A stretch of 63,703 nucleotides of DNA, counting the filler, from Bigelowiella natans CCMP2755 (lineage: Eukaryota; Protista; Cercozoa): assembly GCA_000320545.1 (NCBI GenBank). It is 9 parts of 9 records of this genome, joined end to end, with 100 filler letters (N's around TTAATTAATTAA, not from the genome) between each part and the next. Parts side by side here need not be neighbours in the genome. Positions count along the whole stretch, not along the records: positions 10,856 to 41,009 come from ADNK01000185.1; positions 41,110 to 47,618 come from ADNK01001194.1; positions 47,719 to 50,123 come from ADNK01003421.1; positions 50,224 to 51,636 come from ADNK01002922.1; positions 51,737 to 59,819 come from ADNK01001124.1; 4 more parts are not named here. One strand, written 5' to 3'. The position numbers were made by a program, and so were the translations under genes. Under the pieces are notes generated by a model. The model was not told the origin of the DNA. It did not search any database and saw only the letters and a program-made list of their open reading frames with translations. How positions within the stretch are numbered: position 1 is the stretch's first letter; every line of letters begins with the position of its first letter. Positions 39,233 through 53,594 of the stretch are shown here, in pieces.

Positions 39233-39363
39233 TCGTAGCATCTTCTCACATTCTGCAGCGCCTCCTCCAGTTTTCGCATCGCTCTTTCTTGCACGGGCAG
39301 CGTGAGCAGGGAGGCGTCATATCGAGCTTTGGCAGCTGTGTGTATGTGTGTATGTGTGTATGT

Positions 39364-39402
<39 letters not shown>

Positions 39403-40281
39403 GTGAGCAAACAACCAAAACAACACCGGGTTGGACGTGACGTGCACGTTCCGAAGAGAATAGATACCAAAGGGAGAGAGGGTAAAAGCCCGAGAGAAAA
39501 TCGCTTATATATCACCCTCATCCCCCCCTCCCCACCACCCCCCCCTCTTCCTCTCAAAAAAACGAAATGCTTAAAATATCGTATTATTGAGTTCCCGCTT
39601 ACTCTTGATGCTCTGGGCGGACAGGTTCGCGCTGATTGCTGCAAATCCCCCGTTCAAATTGCCCACAGATCTTCGGAGCGGACGTGCTGCCGATGACGAA
39701 GTCGTCGTGACTGGGGGCGGGGGGGGGGGGTTGGGTAGGGATGATGCTACGCGCAACAAGAGGGCCCATACGATGGGGCATGTTTGCTTCTTTCAGCCGC
39801 GACATAACTGCCTAAGTACGAAAGTTGTGTATGTATAGAATATCATCAGCGTGAGAAGAGAATGTGACGATGTCTCTATGTGCTGGGAAGAAGAGGAGAA
39901 ACCAACCAAAAACCCAAAGCAAACAAGCGCGCAGCGCCCGCCCTTTCCATAACGCCGTATACATTCGAATCGGCAATACACACGCTGTTGGTTTAGTGGC
40001 TTGTCGCTCGTTCATTGCGAGATGTATGGTAGAGCAAAGCAGTGTTAAATTCTGAAATTACCTTGCAATCAGGGTGCATCTCCCACGCGTAGAAAGGCAC
40101 ATCTTGGAGGAACTTTGGCAGCTTGAGGGCCACCTGCATGGTGGGAGATTGCGTGCATCAGTCATAGCGCTACTTGCCAGATGCATAAAGCGTCGATTAG
40201 TGGATATGATGGGGGGGAAGATAAAAAACGACAACAACGACGATGTATGCGGTTGGGTGTTTGCTGATAAACTACCTCGAA

Positions 40282-40314
<33 letters not shown>

Positions 40315-40900
40315 CGGGTCAACTTCAATCGATTCCAAGCTAATTTCTGTGACAATAGCAGAAATAGCACGGTGTGTCTTCTTATCGATGTTGTTTTTAC
40401 TATCATGCACTACGATCGAGCAGTGATGCAAAGAAATCGCTCGGCGCCATCGTCGTTGTTGTTGATTTCGAGTAGCGGGCGCGCAAATTCCGCAGTATAT
40501 CATCTTCTCAGCTCATAGAGCGACGAATCGATTTTCTCATCACAGTTATCAAGCAGGATCATCGTCACCATCATCATCATCATCATCATCACCATCATCG
40601 CACGCACAATCATGCTTTTGCTCGCGCATGCACAATACGGAAGACAGTCCTCGCCCCCCCCGCCCCCCGCCCCCTCCGGGCAGACCTTGATTCTTTTTCT
40701 TCTTCTTCTTTTCCTCCTCCTCCTCATCATTATCCCCTTTCTCCTTCTCAGCTCGAGAGCTCGTTATTCCCCCTCGTTCTTTTTTCAAGTCATCTCCACC
40801 GCTCGCTAGCTGCTGTGGCCGCTGTGCCCCCCCACGCGCATCACTCGCATCCTCGTTCACTCGCTTTCTCTCCCCGTCGGCTGCTGCATTATTCTCGCTC
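38004..40900 (-). CDS. RUN-domain-containing protein, 3' part; 5' end probably beyond the gap at 41010
   Basis: LVEALEGILYCG...PTFWP|VVD...TRAWLKHLLRSNRLHSAMRTLL...DKYYGADGVL...RERLMAILSS matches RUN-domain blocks. Upstream exons are uncertain. Confidence 0.65.
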
Positions 40901-41109
40901 TTAGGATGAGGGAGGTGGGGGAGGGTCTGCTAACTGGAAATTCTTTGGAGATTGTCTGGCTCTCCTCTTGCTCTCTGGCCGAGCGAGGGGCTTACGAAGG
41001 CGACTTCCCNNNNNNNNNNNNNNNNNNNNNNNNNNNNNNNNNNNNNNNNNNNNTTAATTAATTAANNNNNNNNNNNNNNNNNNNNNNNNNNNNNNNNNNN
41101 NNNNNNNNN

Positions 41110-41868
41110 CTATAGTTGTTGTTGTTGTTGTTGTCTGTTGATATGGTCATTCGTCCTTCTCCTTCCACCGTCGGCATCATTGCCATGCTCATTGAGCTTA
41201 TCATCCAACCCGGAGTGGGGACTTCGATCCGGAGACAGAGCCCTGTAGCCCGCCGTACTACTATTCCCCCCCCCCCCCTTTTCCCTGATTATTGATGCTA
41301 GGGTCTTCTTTGTCTCCGATTTCTTTTCCTTATGCTTCTTCGTCTCTTCTTCACCACCATCATCATCATCATGAGTTACAGCTGCTTTCTCCTCCCCCCC
41401 CTCCTTTATTAGAGGCAGGGCTGCTCCATGCTTCTCTCCCCCCTCCCCCCTATCGGCCTCTCCTACCACTGCGGTTTCGTCGCTAATGATCCTTCTCTTG
41501 GGGGAGGGATAGAAATACGGGGAGCCCCCCCCCTCTCCGGGGATTACAGTTGTTTCATCATTCTCTCGAATATTTGATTCAACGCTCGGAATAGGACGGA
41601 ATTGCAAGCGGCGATCGCGCTCATGCTGCTCATATGCACTCTTCGCTGCCCAGTGAGCGAACACGACGCTTAGTCCCAATCCAACCTGGTAGTAATAATA
41701 CATGGAGGAGAAGAAGAAGAAGAAGAAAGAAAAAGGAACGGTGGGAGGAGGGAGGAGGAGTATCTTAGCAGCGCTTGATGGATATTTGAATATGATGGCG
41801 ATGACAATCACAACTTAAAAACGATTTGCAACAGCAATACTACAAGCGCCCCCCTCCTCCCCCTCCTG

Positions 41869-41903
<35 letters not shown>

Positions 41904-42050
41904 TACTTACCGGAGCGAGGACTGACATGATTGGAATCCATATTTTCGGGGCAATGATCTAGCCCAACAAAGAATGCACAAGGCACATATGCAGCAGTTA
42001 CTAATGCTCATTGTTTACGGTAGATAAAATTACAGATCTGTGCATTCCAG

Positions 42051-42100
<50 letters not shown>

Positions 42101-43244
42101 AGCATCATCTACGACTGGCACTTTGAAGGAAATGGTAGGATACTAAGGGCAGCTACTGTGTGCGTGTTGTTGTCTGGTAATAAATATTTCATATCCTCAA
42201 AAGACGAAGAGAGCCTTGGTTCACCTGGCGACACCCAAGCCACACGCAAGGAGCGGCAAATGCTAATAGCGCCAAAATCACGTATCTCTGATATATGCAG
42301 CACATGGCCTTCTCAGGGTGATGATTCCTATAAAGAATAAGCTACTAGTAGCAGGATCTCGTATAGCGGTCGTCGTTTATTTGACAAGTATGGTACAGAG
42401 TGCACCACCACTGCTACTACTACTACTACTACTACTTCTACCGTTACTCTACATCGGACAGCATGCTACTACTGTGTGAGAGAGAATGACGACCTCATTT
42501 CGTTGCGTAGGGTAGGGGGAGATAGAAAGAGGAGGTTGAGGAGGCACTCTTGCACTCCTCCTGGTAGTCGTGACGATGGGGGTGCTGCTCCTTCTCGCCG
42601 ATGTTTCATTTTGCCCATGAGAATGAGTTGGAGCAGGGTTGTAGGTAGTATTTGAGGGGGGGGAGGGAAGACTATCACTACCAAGTGGCCGATCCTGCTG
42701 TGGATACTTGCTACTGGGATATATACGTTTTCTCTCGCCGTTGTCGTCGTCGTTGAGCAGCCGGCTTGCGACAGCATCATCATCATCATCGTTACCACCG
42801 TCACTGCAAAGTTCCTCGCCTCCGCCACCTTCGATCACACTGCTGAGATATCCTCGTTGTTTCTGCTGCTGCTCGTGTTGATTTTGATGATCATCTGGAT
42901 GGAGATTCACTACTAGAGAAGGATCTTGTTGGGCAGCAGCTTCCATTCTCCTTGCTGTCGCATCGAAGAGCGACTGGTCGTTATATTTCTTCGGCTCAGA
43001 GAAAAAGAACGCTGCTGTTATTACGTTAATGGCTGGGAAGAGAGCAGTAAGAGCCAGAATTCCACGCGGCGACAACGGTCCTCCCGAACTCGCCGTCGAG
43101 CGGCAGGGGTACAGGTATAATGAGATCTAAGCACAGCGTTAACCGACATTAGGAAGAGGATGAGAATGTTTTTGAATGCTGTTGTGAAGGATGATGATTA
43201 TGATGAGCGATGAGCGAAGGCCGATCATTCTCTCAGGGACAGCA

Positions 43245-43276
<32 letters not shown>

Positions 43277-44770
43277 CACAACTACAACGACTTCTGCTAC
43301 CACTAATGTGAAGAAATGCTATACATTCGAAGAGATTTCTCACCAAGAGAGCGAAGATTTGGCCGAGATAACGTGAGAGGGTTGCCAGAGACTACACATT
43401 ATTAGCAAGGCATTCTCGAGTAAGGAAGAGCTAGATGATGGCTCGAGGATGTTGGGTGCTTTCGCCCGAGGAAAGGGCTATATGATGATGCGCAAAAGCA
43501 GCATGTATTTGCGGACATGCATGTTTCAATGGGCAAGCAGACCTGCATTTGGGAGATGCTGAGATTATGTTCCTCGATGTATTCGACAAAGCTCACCCCG
43601 ACCGTGACCTGGTTTATTTGCCAGGGTAGTACGACAAACACAATCAGGCTGCAAACATGATAGGAGGGGTTCAAACGAATCAATAGAATAACAAGAATAA
43701 CGGCGATTTTTGCACTTCGAGACAGATCTCGAAGAGAAATAAAATCTGCATGGATTGGTAGATACCTCGGCGAGATCCTCGAATAGCGTGCGCGTGAACG
43801 AAGCTGACAAAACAGAAGAAGAAAGCGAAAGTTGGGCAGTGGAATGACGGTTTTCTCAATATTGAATAGAAAGGGAGGGACACAAGGAGAGAGAAAAAGA
43901 GAAAATAAGGGGGAAAGGAGGGAGGAGCGCGAGTTGCTTTGTGTGCACTCGAGGTACATCTTCGCATGAATGTGATAAATAATCCCAACTCATTATTCGT
44001 CCTAAACAGACCGCCCCCTCACCACCTGCAAAGATAACAGGAATCGTGCTGACAAGGGATGAGGAGGCGGTAATGAGGAACAGCCCGCATGCCACTATGT
44101 TGCCAATAATTATCCAAGGTCTCCTGATGGGTTACCGTGTTGCTGATGACCAAAAGTTCGCGCGGGGGGGGGGGGGGAAGGGGGGAACGATAAAACGTCA
44201 CCAACACGACGTAACCTTCTAGCCCGACAGATTGGAAATCTGTCCGAAATCCAAGCGTATATTGGCTTCAGGAAGAATGGAAGATAGATGAAACCAAAGT
44301 AGTCGTTGGAGGTGGCAAGAGGCATCTTAATCTCCTCGAGAATAATCGTCATCATCCTGAGCAGCGAAGACAGAGCAATTATCGAGTGTGACAAAGTACA
44401 GCTTTTCCAATTTTCAATTTGGGTCATGTAGATAACGTTTTGTATGCAATAAGTGTTCGGTTGGCGAGATCGACGCTCTTGCTAGCTTGTGTTGCACGTA
44501 CGCGGTGTCGGGGAGTGTTTCCGCCACTGTATTGGTGAAATACAGCACAAGTATGGCAAGTGGTAGCGAGCGAACGTATCGACGCACACGCTGTGCTAAT
44601 CTGGAACAACACCAATATTCTGGCATCGGACAAGACTGGAAACGTCCTCCATTGTTATTCTCATCCCTCGATTCACCTGCAGTGTCGGTAGGGTATGTGC
44701 TTTTCATCGCCTTCTTACGTAAGGGAAAAACCACCTTGCACCGGGTCAGCTTCACTTGCAACACGTACAT
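41110..44770 (-). CDS. BT1/FBT family folate-biopterin transporter (MFS-like), multi-exon; start at 44770 or 44707
   Basis: YFGFIYLPFFLKPIYAWISDRFPI matches the BT1 signature PW..KP.YG..SD..PI. Several hydrophobic exons follow (AACGLFLITASSSLVSTIPVIFA, GILALTALFPAINVITAAFFF). Confidence 0.78.
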
Positions 44771-45363
44771 AGTCCGCCATTTCGAATAGGAATGGGCGGG
44801 CGGGAGCTACGGGGAGAGTGTTTTCCGGAGCCCTTAGCCCAATGGTTCATAACTCGGTTCCACTAACCGAGTGAAATGGTAGCTTTGTTATACTTTACTC
44901 TGCTGCGACACCGTTTTTAGGTTGTCGCACAGGGAAAAACATCTTTATTTTCGCACACGAAGCTTGAAGAGATCCCTCTACTTCGCGTTCGCACACGGAC
45001 CATGAGTTGGGGAAATTGGCGTTGGTTTGAGATTTCGTTGGAGCACAAATTGTAGTCGCAGTGGAAATATCCCCGTCGTTTATCGTCTCTTTATTTCTTA
45101 CATCGTACATACGCTCTCCCGCAATTCGTACTTGAAATACTAGACCTGCACAGGATGCTCTGCACAGCTGTGTTGGAACAGAAGAAGATTGAGCAGAAGA
45201 AGCGGGGTCAACTCGAGGCGAGAAGCGCTTAGGTGCTGCCCTGCTGATCACATCCCGCACTCTCGAAATTAGTTTCTCGGCGGGGTTTCCCAGATCCGCG
45301 GATGGTGGCCTTCAGACTCGGTTGCTGAAGCCATAGAACGCCAAATACTTCACGCGAGAGATA

Positions 45364-46433
45364 ATGGCTCATCGATTTCCTCGAAGGCCTATGCTCAGGA
45401 TATTCCTCCTTGCAACAATAGCAATAGCAGTAGCATTTCATAGCACGTCGTTACGCACTGTTCAGAAGAACGTTATTGCTGGTGGTGGCGCACCTCGTGG
45501 CGGCAGACGAGAAAGCAGTGAGTTTCGCGGAGGAGGTGGCGGCAAGGGTAGGAGGGTTACCGGGCACTCTAAGAAGGTAATCTTACTCTGCATCTATTCT
45601 TGTAGTAACCGCACCTTTGCAGATACATATTGATGTTACGTGTGCATCTAACACCACTGATACGTCAGATACGTCAGAAGGGCCGGGGTAAATCGAGAAG
45701 TGATATTGCACTGCAGAAGTACTTAGAAGAGCTTCCGATGGATGTCAGGAGTAATCTCTCAGAATTGGCGTCACAGGTTTGAATGAACGAAATGATTGAT
45801 GTTTTGGTTCCATTAAGAAGTGAAATCGCAGGCATTGGAGGACGTGCGTGTTCTGGGAGAACAGGTTCGAATGGAGAAAGCCTCGGTAATTCATCGCCCT
45901 CATAAATATCCATCACCACACCCACACTTACAGTCACTACGAGCTCAGTGCCGCTTGTATACTAGCCCAACTTGCACACCACCACTACCACCGCGTTTTA
46001 TCACTGCTGCTTTCGCATAGAAACAACTCCCTGGTAAAGAGCTCAAAGGCGCCCAATTCATTGAAGAGGTATACCAGACAGCAGCCTCTCTTGTCGTGAC
46101 CATTGGGGATTCCTCCCTGCTGCAATTTTTACTTTGAAATCTAGTGAATGTCACCTTCTCTCTCTCTCTCTCTCTCTCTCTCCCTCTTTCTTACGAGAAG
46201 CTTCCACTGTACTTCCTTTTCTTATGCTGCTCGTTGGTCGTCATTGTGGAAAGAAACCCATCCCGATGTCCGATAGAATGCAAAGGTAATCACGATGATG
46301 ATGGTGGTGATAATGACGATGATGACGGTGATGGAATTATGTGCAGAGCAGAGTGAATTGGCTGCTGACTGTTCTGCAAGAACATATCTTATGATGAAGA
46401 CGCTGATCGTTTCGCCAACGATATATTCAGACA

Positions 46434-46527
<94 letters not shown>

Positions 46528-47570
46528 AACAGGCAACGGGACTATCTCTTTCGAGATGATCCCGAGATTTTCCAAGGACGCTACTTTGGGCGCCCAGGTA
46601 GCGTCCCATCATGTATCATGCAATGGTAGTGATGATGACGATGCTGACGATGATGATGGTCATGATGATCATCAATGTGTACAGTCGTGTGCTTGATGAT
46701 GATTATTTTCTTAACGACACATTGTCATTTCCTTCTGGCGACATAGATCCGATATTTCATGGGCTAATCGACGATATCCGGCGAACAAAAGGTCACATGA
46801 ATATATTTGTTGAACGAAATTATCAGCTAGCAACAATACATCGTTGCTGCCCATTGCTGCTGACGTCGGTTGACGAAGCTGTTGTTTGCTTCTGCACCCC
46901 TCCTCCTCCTCCTCCTCTTCTGTCCCCCTCCTCTTTGTTTAACGTACCCTTTTCACAGCACTGCCTTCGAGCAAGATCAGAAAGTACTAACAAACAAGCT
47001 ACGAGCTTGACATTCACTATTCCTATTTGGGATTCAGTGTCTTTCCGAGAGAAAAGAGACGCTACAGTGATACCACCGCTCCGCTGCTAAGCTTTGCCAC
47101 TTCTGTTTCGCCCTCTCCCGTCTATCTTTCTTGAGGGAAAGTTACACATAAATAACCGCTGGTGGTGGTTTTGGATTGGCAGGTTGAAGCGAGAAGCCAA
47201 GCGCTGCGACCAAAGGTCCCGCTTTCCAACGATGTCTACGCGATTGTGTCGATCAGTCACACAGCTGCGGAATGATGTTGGAAACAGCGAATTCACCGTG
47301 TTTTACAGGCCAACACCGTATCATCGTCTGCACTTAAAAAACACCGCTTATAACATGCAGATACTGGATTCGAATTCGTAACCATTTAGAGACTGCACGT
47401 GGGAGACGGGTAACGATAAGTTTTAAGTTAGAAGGCGAGGGAGGGGGGGGGGGGGCTCATAGCAGCAGCTGCTGCTGTAACAACCTTCTAACGAGTAACT
47501 CTCATCACCCAGCTTGGAGATATCGAGATTGAAGGGTTTGGAAAGCATGTTATTCCGTTGGATAAGGTCT
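45364..47570 (+). CDS. Unidentified multi-exon protein with a signal peptide and FRGG-containing extension (possible bipartite targeting sequence)
   Basis: MAHRFPRRPMLRIFLLATIAIAVAFHSTSLRTVQ...SSEFRGGGG...SKK|GT is followed by short AG..GT exons (IRQKGRGKSRSDIALQKYLEELP, ALEDVRVLGEQVRMEKAS, KQLPGKELKGAQFIEE). Confidence 0.55.
46437..46527. repeat. Compound microsatellite (CA)n(TA)n(TG)n; representative of the very many intronic di- and trinucleotide repeats in the window
   Basis: Seen directly. (CA)n, (GA)n, (TA)n, (CAT)n, (TAG)n, (GAG)n and poly-G/C tracts occur in most introns. Confidence 0.95.
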
Positions 47571-47585
47571 CGAAGATTATGATAA

Positions 47586-47618
<33 letters not shown>

Positions 47619-48199
47619 NNNNNNNNNNNNNNNNNNNNNNNNNNNNNNNNNNNNNNNNNNNNTTAATTAATTAANNNNNNNNNNNNNNNNNNNNNNNNNN
47701 NNNNNNNNNNNNNNNNNNCCACTACTCCTATCTTGGTATGGCGTCCACCAAACTGTGACTGACAGTATAATTAGTAGTCTCAGTGGTTGGAGCTTGCGGA
47801 TTTTCCTGAGACAACACAATTTTCGAATTTATTGCTGATATTCTTGGTAGTTTTTCTCTTGAGACAATGATAACTACCACAACAATCATATTCCGAAGTA
47901 GATCTAAATTTGAAGGAAATAATTAATAACTGTTGGGATGGAAGATTTCCTAGGTAGGATTATTTTCCCGCCAAATGAAATAAACTAGGAGATCTTTCCT
48001 AGATCTACGTGCTACGACAACTATAGATCCTCACCTTATCTAGTGCGGAAGAATGTTCCCACCACGTTCGGTGATCACTTCCACCATGAAATTTCTAGGA
48101 AACAGGCCTGTAGATCTAAGACAAAGGTGGTTTCCTCGATAAAAAGGCTCTCCCCATATGTCGCAGACAGCAAACTCAAGAAGATATTTTTCGGATGTT

Positions 48200-48543
48200 C
48201 ATCACACCACAAAGAAAGACCAAAGAAAGAGAGAGACACCCGGAAAATATAATTGAAATTGTCAGAAAATGGCATAAAATGTTAACAAATAGAGGTGATT
48301 TCTCGATATTTCTCCTTCGATTTATTACCGAAGCATCAAATTCCATACCGTCGTGGAAGTATCCTACCTCCTCTAAGAAAGGTCTTTCTCCACTTTTCTC
48401 AGAACTAAAAGGAAACATGGGTGGAACCGTTGGGAAAAAGCTCGCTAATCATAGCGCCTTTGAGCTTGGTGGTAGTGACTTCGTTTATGGAAGCGTCATC
48501 GCGCGAAAGGTAGATCTGGAATGATGCACTAGCATTCATGTAT

Positions 48544-48593
<50 letters not shown>

Positions 48594-49975
48594 GACACGC
48601 AGGTTTTCGAGTGCAACAAGGGGAGCAAGCTCCAAAAGGATAAATTAATACGCTACGTGGGCCAGCTCCTTTCGTTGAGAGGTTTCGGGAGGGAAGAGGA
48701 GCATAGCATCAAGGGTGGCAACCTCAAAAAGGTTCTGAAGGAAAGAAAAGCAACACTCTTTAATACAGCCAAGAAGGTATAGAAAAAATCATCGAAACAA
48801 ACCTCTCGATCATTTAGATCTCCAGATTTCTTCTGATTACTGTCCTCTCTTTGCATCTTTTGTAATTGCACCCATGGAATACAAGACGAGGGCACAGCAC
48901 TGTGCGACCATAATAAAGAAATGAATCATCCACGCTTATATTGAAACATTCACCCTAAAACACAAAATACAATTATCCTCCTAGATTCTCGACGAACTGC
49001 AAGTTAAAGCAGCCTCTGCTTTTGACCTGTTTGGAGAAGAAGGGGGGGGAGAAAAAAAGAGTGAAGCCGATTCCTCCAAGGAAGACGACGCATCATTAAA
49101 GCCATGGGATATTGTCAAGGTTTACAATAACACATACGATTCAGGCAAGAATGTGCTATTATAGCATATAATTTGCACACTTGGATTGTTTGTAAGAAAA
49201 CACGCATTTCATTACGCATTGACTTCGCATTGACTGATTAGCATCTACTCTCTTCCTTCATCTCCTTTGGTTGCATGTAGGTGTGGAATATCAGCGATCA
49301 GAACCTGAACGGCCAATGGGGGTGGGTAGACCTGTGTGGAGTACTTCGTTGCCTTATTACCTATATGAAACCACTAATAATCATAGCCTGGGAGTTGCTG
49401 GTTACTTCGATAGATCACTAAATCCGCATTATTATTTCTGTGATACTACTGCAGGATTATATCACCAGAGAACAAAGCGACTAATACTACAGGTCCTCCC
49501 CCCCCCCCGATCCCCTTTGCCCCCCCTCTCTTTTCTTTCGCATACGGCCGAAGTCATCGTGGTAGTATTACTAGAAGAAGATTATTCCAAGATCATGATT
49601 CGAGGGGTAAACTCCACAGATTACATAGTGCTCATGCAGAAGCCGTGTGCCGTACCGAAGGCAAAGATCAAAGGTAATTAGCTTTTGTGCTGCTTTTTCA
49701 CTGGTGATAAAGTCGGTGACGATGATGATAATAACTGATGATTGAGACGAATACATCGTAGATGTAAACATCTCCATGCACATCTACACATTAAATATTT
49801 TATCACTAAAGATAGATGACGACAAATGAAGGATGGCCGTGGCCATACCCTACACGCTCATAACCACAGAAGCACAGATGCACAGACACATGCACATGCA
49901 CACACATAATATAAGTAGTAGTTCGTATATATGATCTTGCACAAACATAATATAAGTAGTAGTTCGTATATATGA

Positions 49976-50044
<69 letters not shown>

Positions 50045-50721
50045 TAATCTACAATCATCATCATCATTATCCTCATCATCATCGTCATCATCATTATCCT
50101 CCTCATCATCAACATGTCATATCNNNNNNNNNNNNNNNNNNNNNNNNNNNNNNNNNNNNNNNNNNNNTTAATTAATTAANNNNNNNNNNNNNNNNNNNNN
50201 NNNNNNNNNNNNNNNNNNNNNNNGATTGGATGATAGAAAGAAGGCAGTGTCTTCATCATCATCATCTTCTTCTTCTTCGAGCAATTAGTAGAGGTATAAT
50301 TCCAGTAGAAATGCCATTTACTTTACGGCGATATTAATAGAAGTAGGTAGGAGAAAGAAGACTCCTAGATGTTGGCATGCTCTAAATAGCACCTCAAGAT
50401 TATCTGCCCCCTGGCGGACAGTCATAGCTTATCATCATCATCATCATCATCATCATCATCGTCATAGTCGTTGTCATCATCGTCGTCGTATTTGTCTTCA
50501 TTCTTGTCCGTATATCAGGTTTTGGTGTACTCGAATATGCTGATGCTGTGGCCTCTCAGAGACTTCGCAGAGAAGGAACTGACTAGTCAATACCTGGATA
50601 AACTCAATGCTCGCCATCTATTAAACATAGCGTCATTCCACAACGCCTGATAAACTAGCGGCTGCAGCAAATATCACACTTCTTCTCAACGCTCCTATCG
50701 ATGATGATTTCAACTCTGATG
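48200..50721 (+). CDS. Unidentified multi-exon coding segment; may continue the 45364 gene across the gap
   Basis: In-phase exons ...GGSDFVYGSVIARK|VFECNKGSKLQKDKLIRYVGQLL...TAKK|ILDELQVKAASAFDLFGEE... and VEYQRSEPERPMGVGRPVWSTSLPYYLYE. Confidence 0.5.
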
Positions 50722-50924
50722 GTAAGTATGTGCGTGAGTATGTGAGTGAGAGAGTGACAACGCAAGGGGGGGGGGGGGGGGGGGGAGATAGTCTTCCCAC
50801 ATGCAATATTTGTTTGACCATGTTTGTTGCCTCTTTCGGTCTCGTCTCTTCTCTAAACTTTAGTAAAGAGGGCATTAGTGCTGAAGAATTTGGCACTGGT
50901 CTGACATCAGCGTTGAGTCATAAT

Positions 50925-50964
<40 letters not shown>

Positions 50965-52099
50965 ATATACATATAACAACAGTTGTGTTTATTCCGTTCC
51001 GAAATGCACACATAATTATTTTCAATGAGTTGATATTACTTCCCCATGATTCGTGGGCGATATGATGTTTTACCCCGAGAGGGCGGGGGGGGGGGGGGGA
51101 AAGCTAACCCATTTCTATGGGACCCCAGCTATGGGTTGGTTCATGGAACAACTGGGAAAAAAAACAGGGCGGTTGGGATTAAAAAGAAGATGGTTGGAGG
51201 GGGGCTGGTATATGTGCTTGAGTCTTTATGCACGGGGCTGCCCCATCTTCTGTATCACCCCCCCCGCACATTACTCTTTATGTCATATCCCGCAATTGGG
51301 CCTGCAAAAAGGGGACACAGTACCATATTAACAGCATGATGTGCTGGAGTGGTTGGGGCCCTTGGAGGAGCGGAAGGAGGCACAGGTTCCTTGCTGGTTT
51401 GCTAGCAGCGCATGATTTTGGGTGTCGTGCATGAACAATACAGCGTGTGCGCACTGGTAGTTGTAAATCCTTAAAAAGACTCGGAGGCGATGATGATGAG
51501 TTCCAGGGCAGCTGTAGTTTTGTTTGGTCGCTTCGATGTGAAAGGCGCTCGGATTCGTGTCCACCCGATAACAGATATACCCCCCCCCCCCCCCCCCTGT
51601 TGGAGGTATTGTCGTGTAATACAACAAAAAAAACGANNNNNNNNNNNNNNNNNNNNNNNNNNNNNNNNNNNNNNNNNNNNTTAATTAATTAANNNNNNNN
51701 NNNNNNNNNNNNNNNNNNNNNNNNNNNNNNNNNNNNCGTAGCATGCGATTTTCTCTACTATCGCTCCCCTCTCCTCGACGTGTCTTTTGGGAGTAAGTTT
51801 TTGATACAAAATGACATGTAGCTTTGCTTATTAGTTCCCCTCCTCAAAAATCCCTCCCGACCGTACCCATTCTGCTCCGCTCGCGACTGCTCAGCACTAA
51901 ACACCCCCTTTGTACCGCTTTTGTTTTGATTTGTTTCTCCAAAAAACGCCCATATCGCACTAATTATTTTGTTTCTTTTTCATATAGGTATTATCATCAT
52001 ATAATATGTTCGGCCCCAAATCCCCCATAAAATACCGGGTCTGGAAGCTTCTCATCCTTTGGCTGTGGGGGGGAGATGGGAAAACAAACCCCCCCCCCC

Positions 52100-52492
52100 C
52101 CCCCCCCCCCCCCCTCTGCCAAGAGAAACCGCGGACGGCGGTCGTGGTGGGATGAGCATCAACATCCATCGTGCAGTGCTGATTAGTGATGCTTTCACCA
52201 TTCTACCTTCGGATATCTCTCGAGAGGAAAGCTCCCTGACACTGCGGCCCGAGGAGTCGTACAACCTAGTGCTGCGCGTGCATGCGAAGGATAAGGAGGA
52301 GGAGGAGGAGGAGGAGGGCGTGGAGCTGAAGGGCGATCGCAAAAAGGAGGCTGGTGGCAGTAGTAGTAGCAGCAGTAATGATAGAGGCGATGCTGCTGAT
52401 GATGATGATGAGAAGGAGCAACTTCTCGACGACTGCAAAGGAGCGCAGCTGTAGGATTTGTTTGTTGTGCACACACACACACACACACACAC

Positions 52493-52529
<37 letters not shown>

Positions 52530-53008
52530 TATTATATACATAATCAGTAGATATAGACAAACACGAGCATTCTCTAGTCCTCTTCTTTCCCCTCCCCCTT
52601 CTCCTTCCTCCTCTTCCTCCTCCTCCTCCTCTCATTCTTCTTCTTCTTCATATTCTTCCTCTTCTTTTTCCTAGCCATTATGACTCTTCGGGCAAGAAGA
52701 AGTTCTCGGTTCATAACTTCCTCCCCCCCAAGGGCGATGATGCCGTTGATAGGAAAGAGAGCGCAATAGGCGCGGCAGTATGGCAGCTGCTTGGAATGGA
52801 GGGGTTCTTGGAGGAGGTGCGCGCGCGTGCGTGTGTCGTATGCAATGTGGTTATGGTGTGATGAGGAGGGAAGGGAGCAACGCCGAATACCATTGAAACT
52901 CACACAACAACAATTTACAAGAAGAAGAGTGTATTTTTCCAATGTCTCGAAGAAAGGTGAGAAAGGGCAGTGTGAGCGATCTTCACACCTCCTCTTCCTC
53001 CTCTTATT

Positions 53009-53039
<31 letters not shown>

Positions 53040-53087
53040 CTTGAATTCTTGTTTCCTCCTCGTATTTTGTGCTGCTGCTGCTGCTGT

Positions 53088-53128
<41 letters not shown>

Positions 53129-53558
53129 GCACCGCAGGTGGAGCTCGAGCGCAAAATCGCCTTAAACCCCAACGCGTACAAGGAGCTTAGCACCACCGGC
53201 CAGGATACGAAGAAGGACTTTGACCTCATCGTTCTCTGGAATAGCAAGAAGAAGAGTAAGAGGAGGAGAACGGCGGCAGTAGGAGCGGGGACGGGGGGGG
53301 GGGATGACGACCAGAAAACGAAGGAAGCAGTAGCCTCGTCGTCGCCTCTAACGACGGTCGCAGCGAGCGGGTTCTTTATGATTCGCAATCAGAAATGCCT
53401 GCACAGCCTCTACTCCAAGAACAAGAGCGCATGCCCGCTCAAGGTGTGAATGTGTGTGTGTGTGTGTGTGTGTGGTGAGGATGCTAGGAGTAGGGAGGAG
53501 GAGAGAGCCGGAACGATAAGTATATACGCGTGTTCCTTGCTTGGCCATCGCCGCAATC

Positions 53559-53594
<36 letters not shown>

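Noticed and set aside
49904-49978. About 34-bp direct repeat ACATAATATAAGTAGTAGTTCGTATATATGATCT x2
   Set aside because: It is a simple local intronic duplication near a contig end, with no further structure.
51040-51636. Homopolymer-rich stretch with short ORFs
   Set aside because: It looks like low-quality sequence next to a gap, with no recognisable coding signal.
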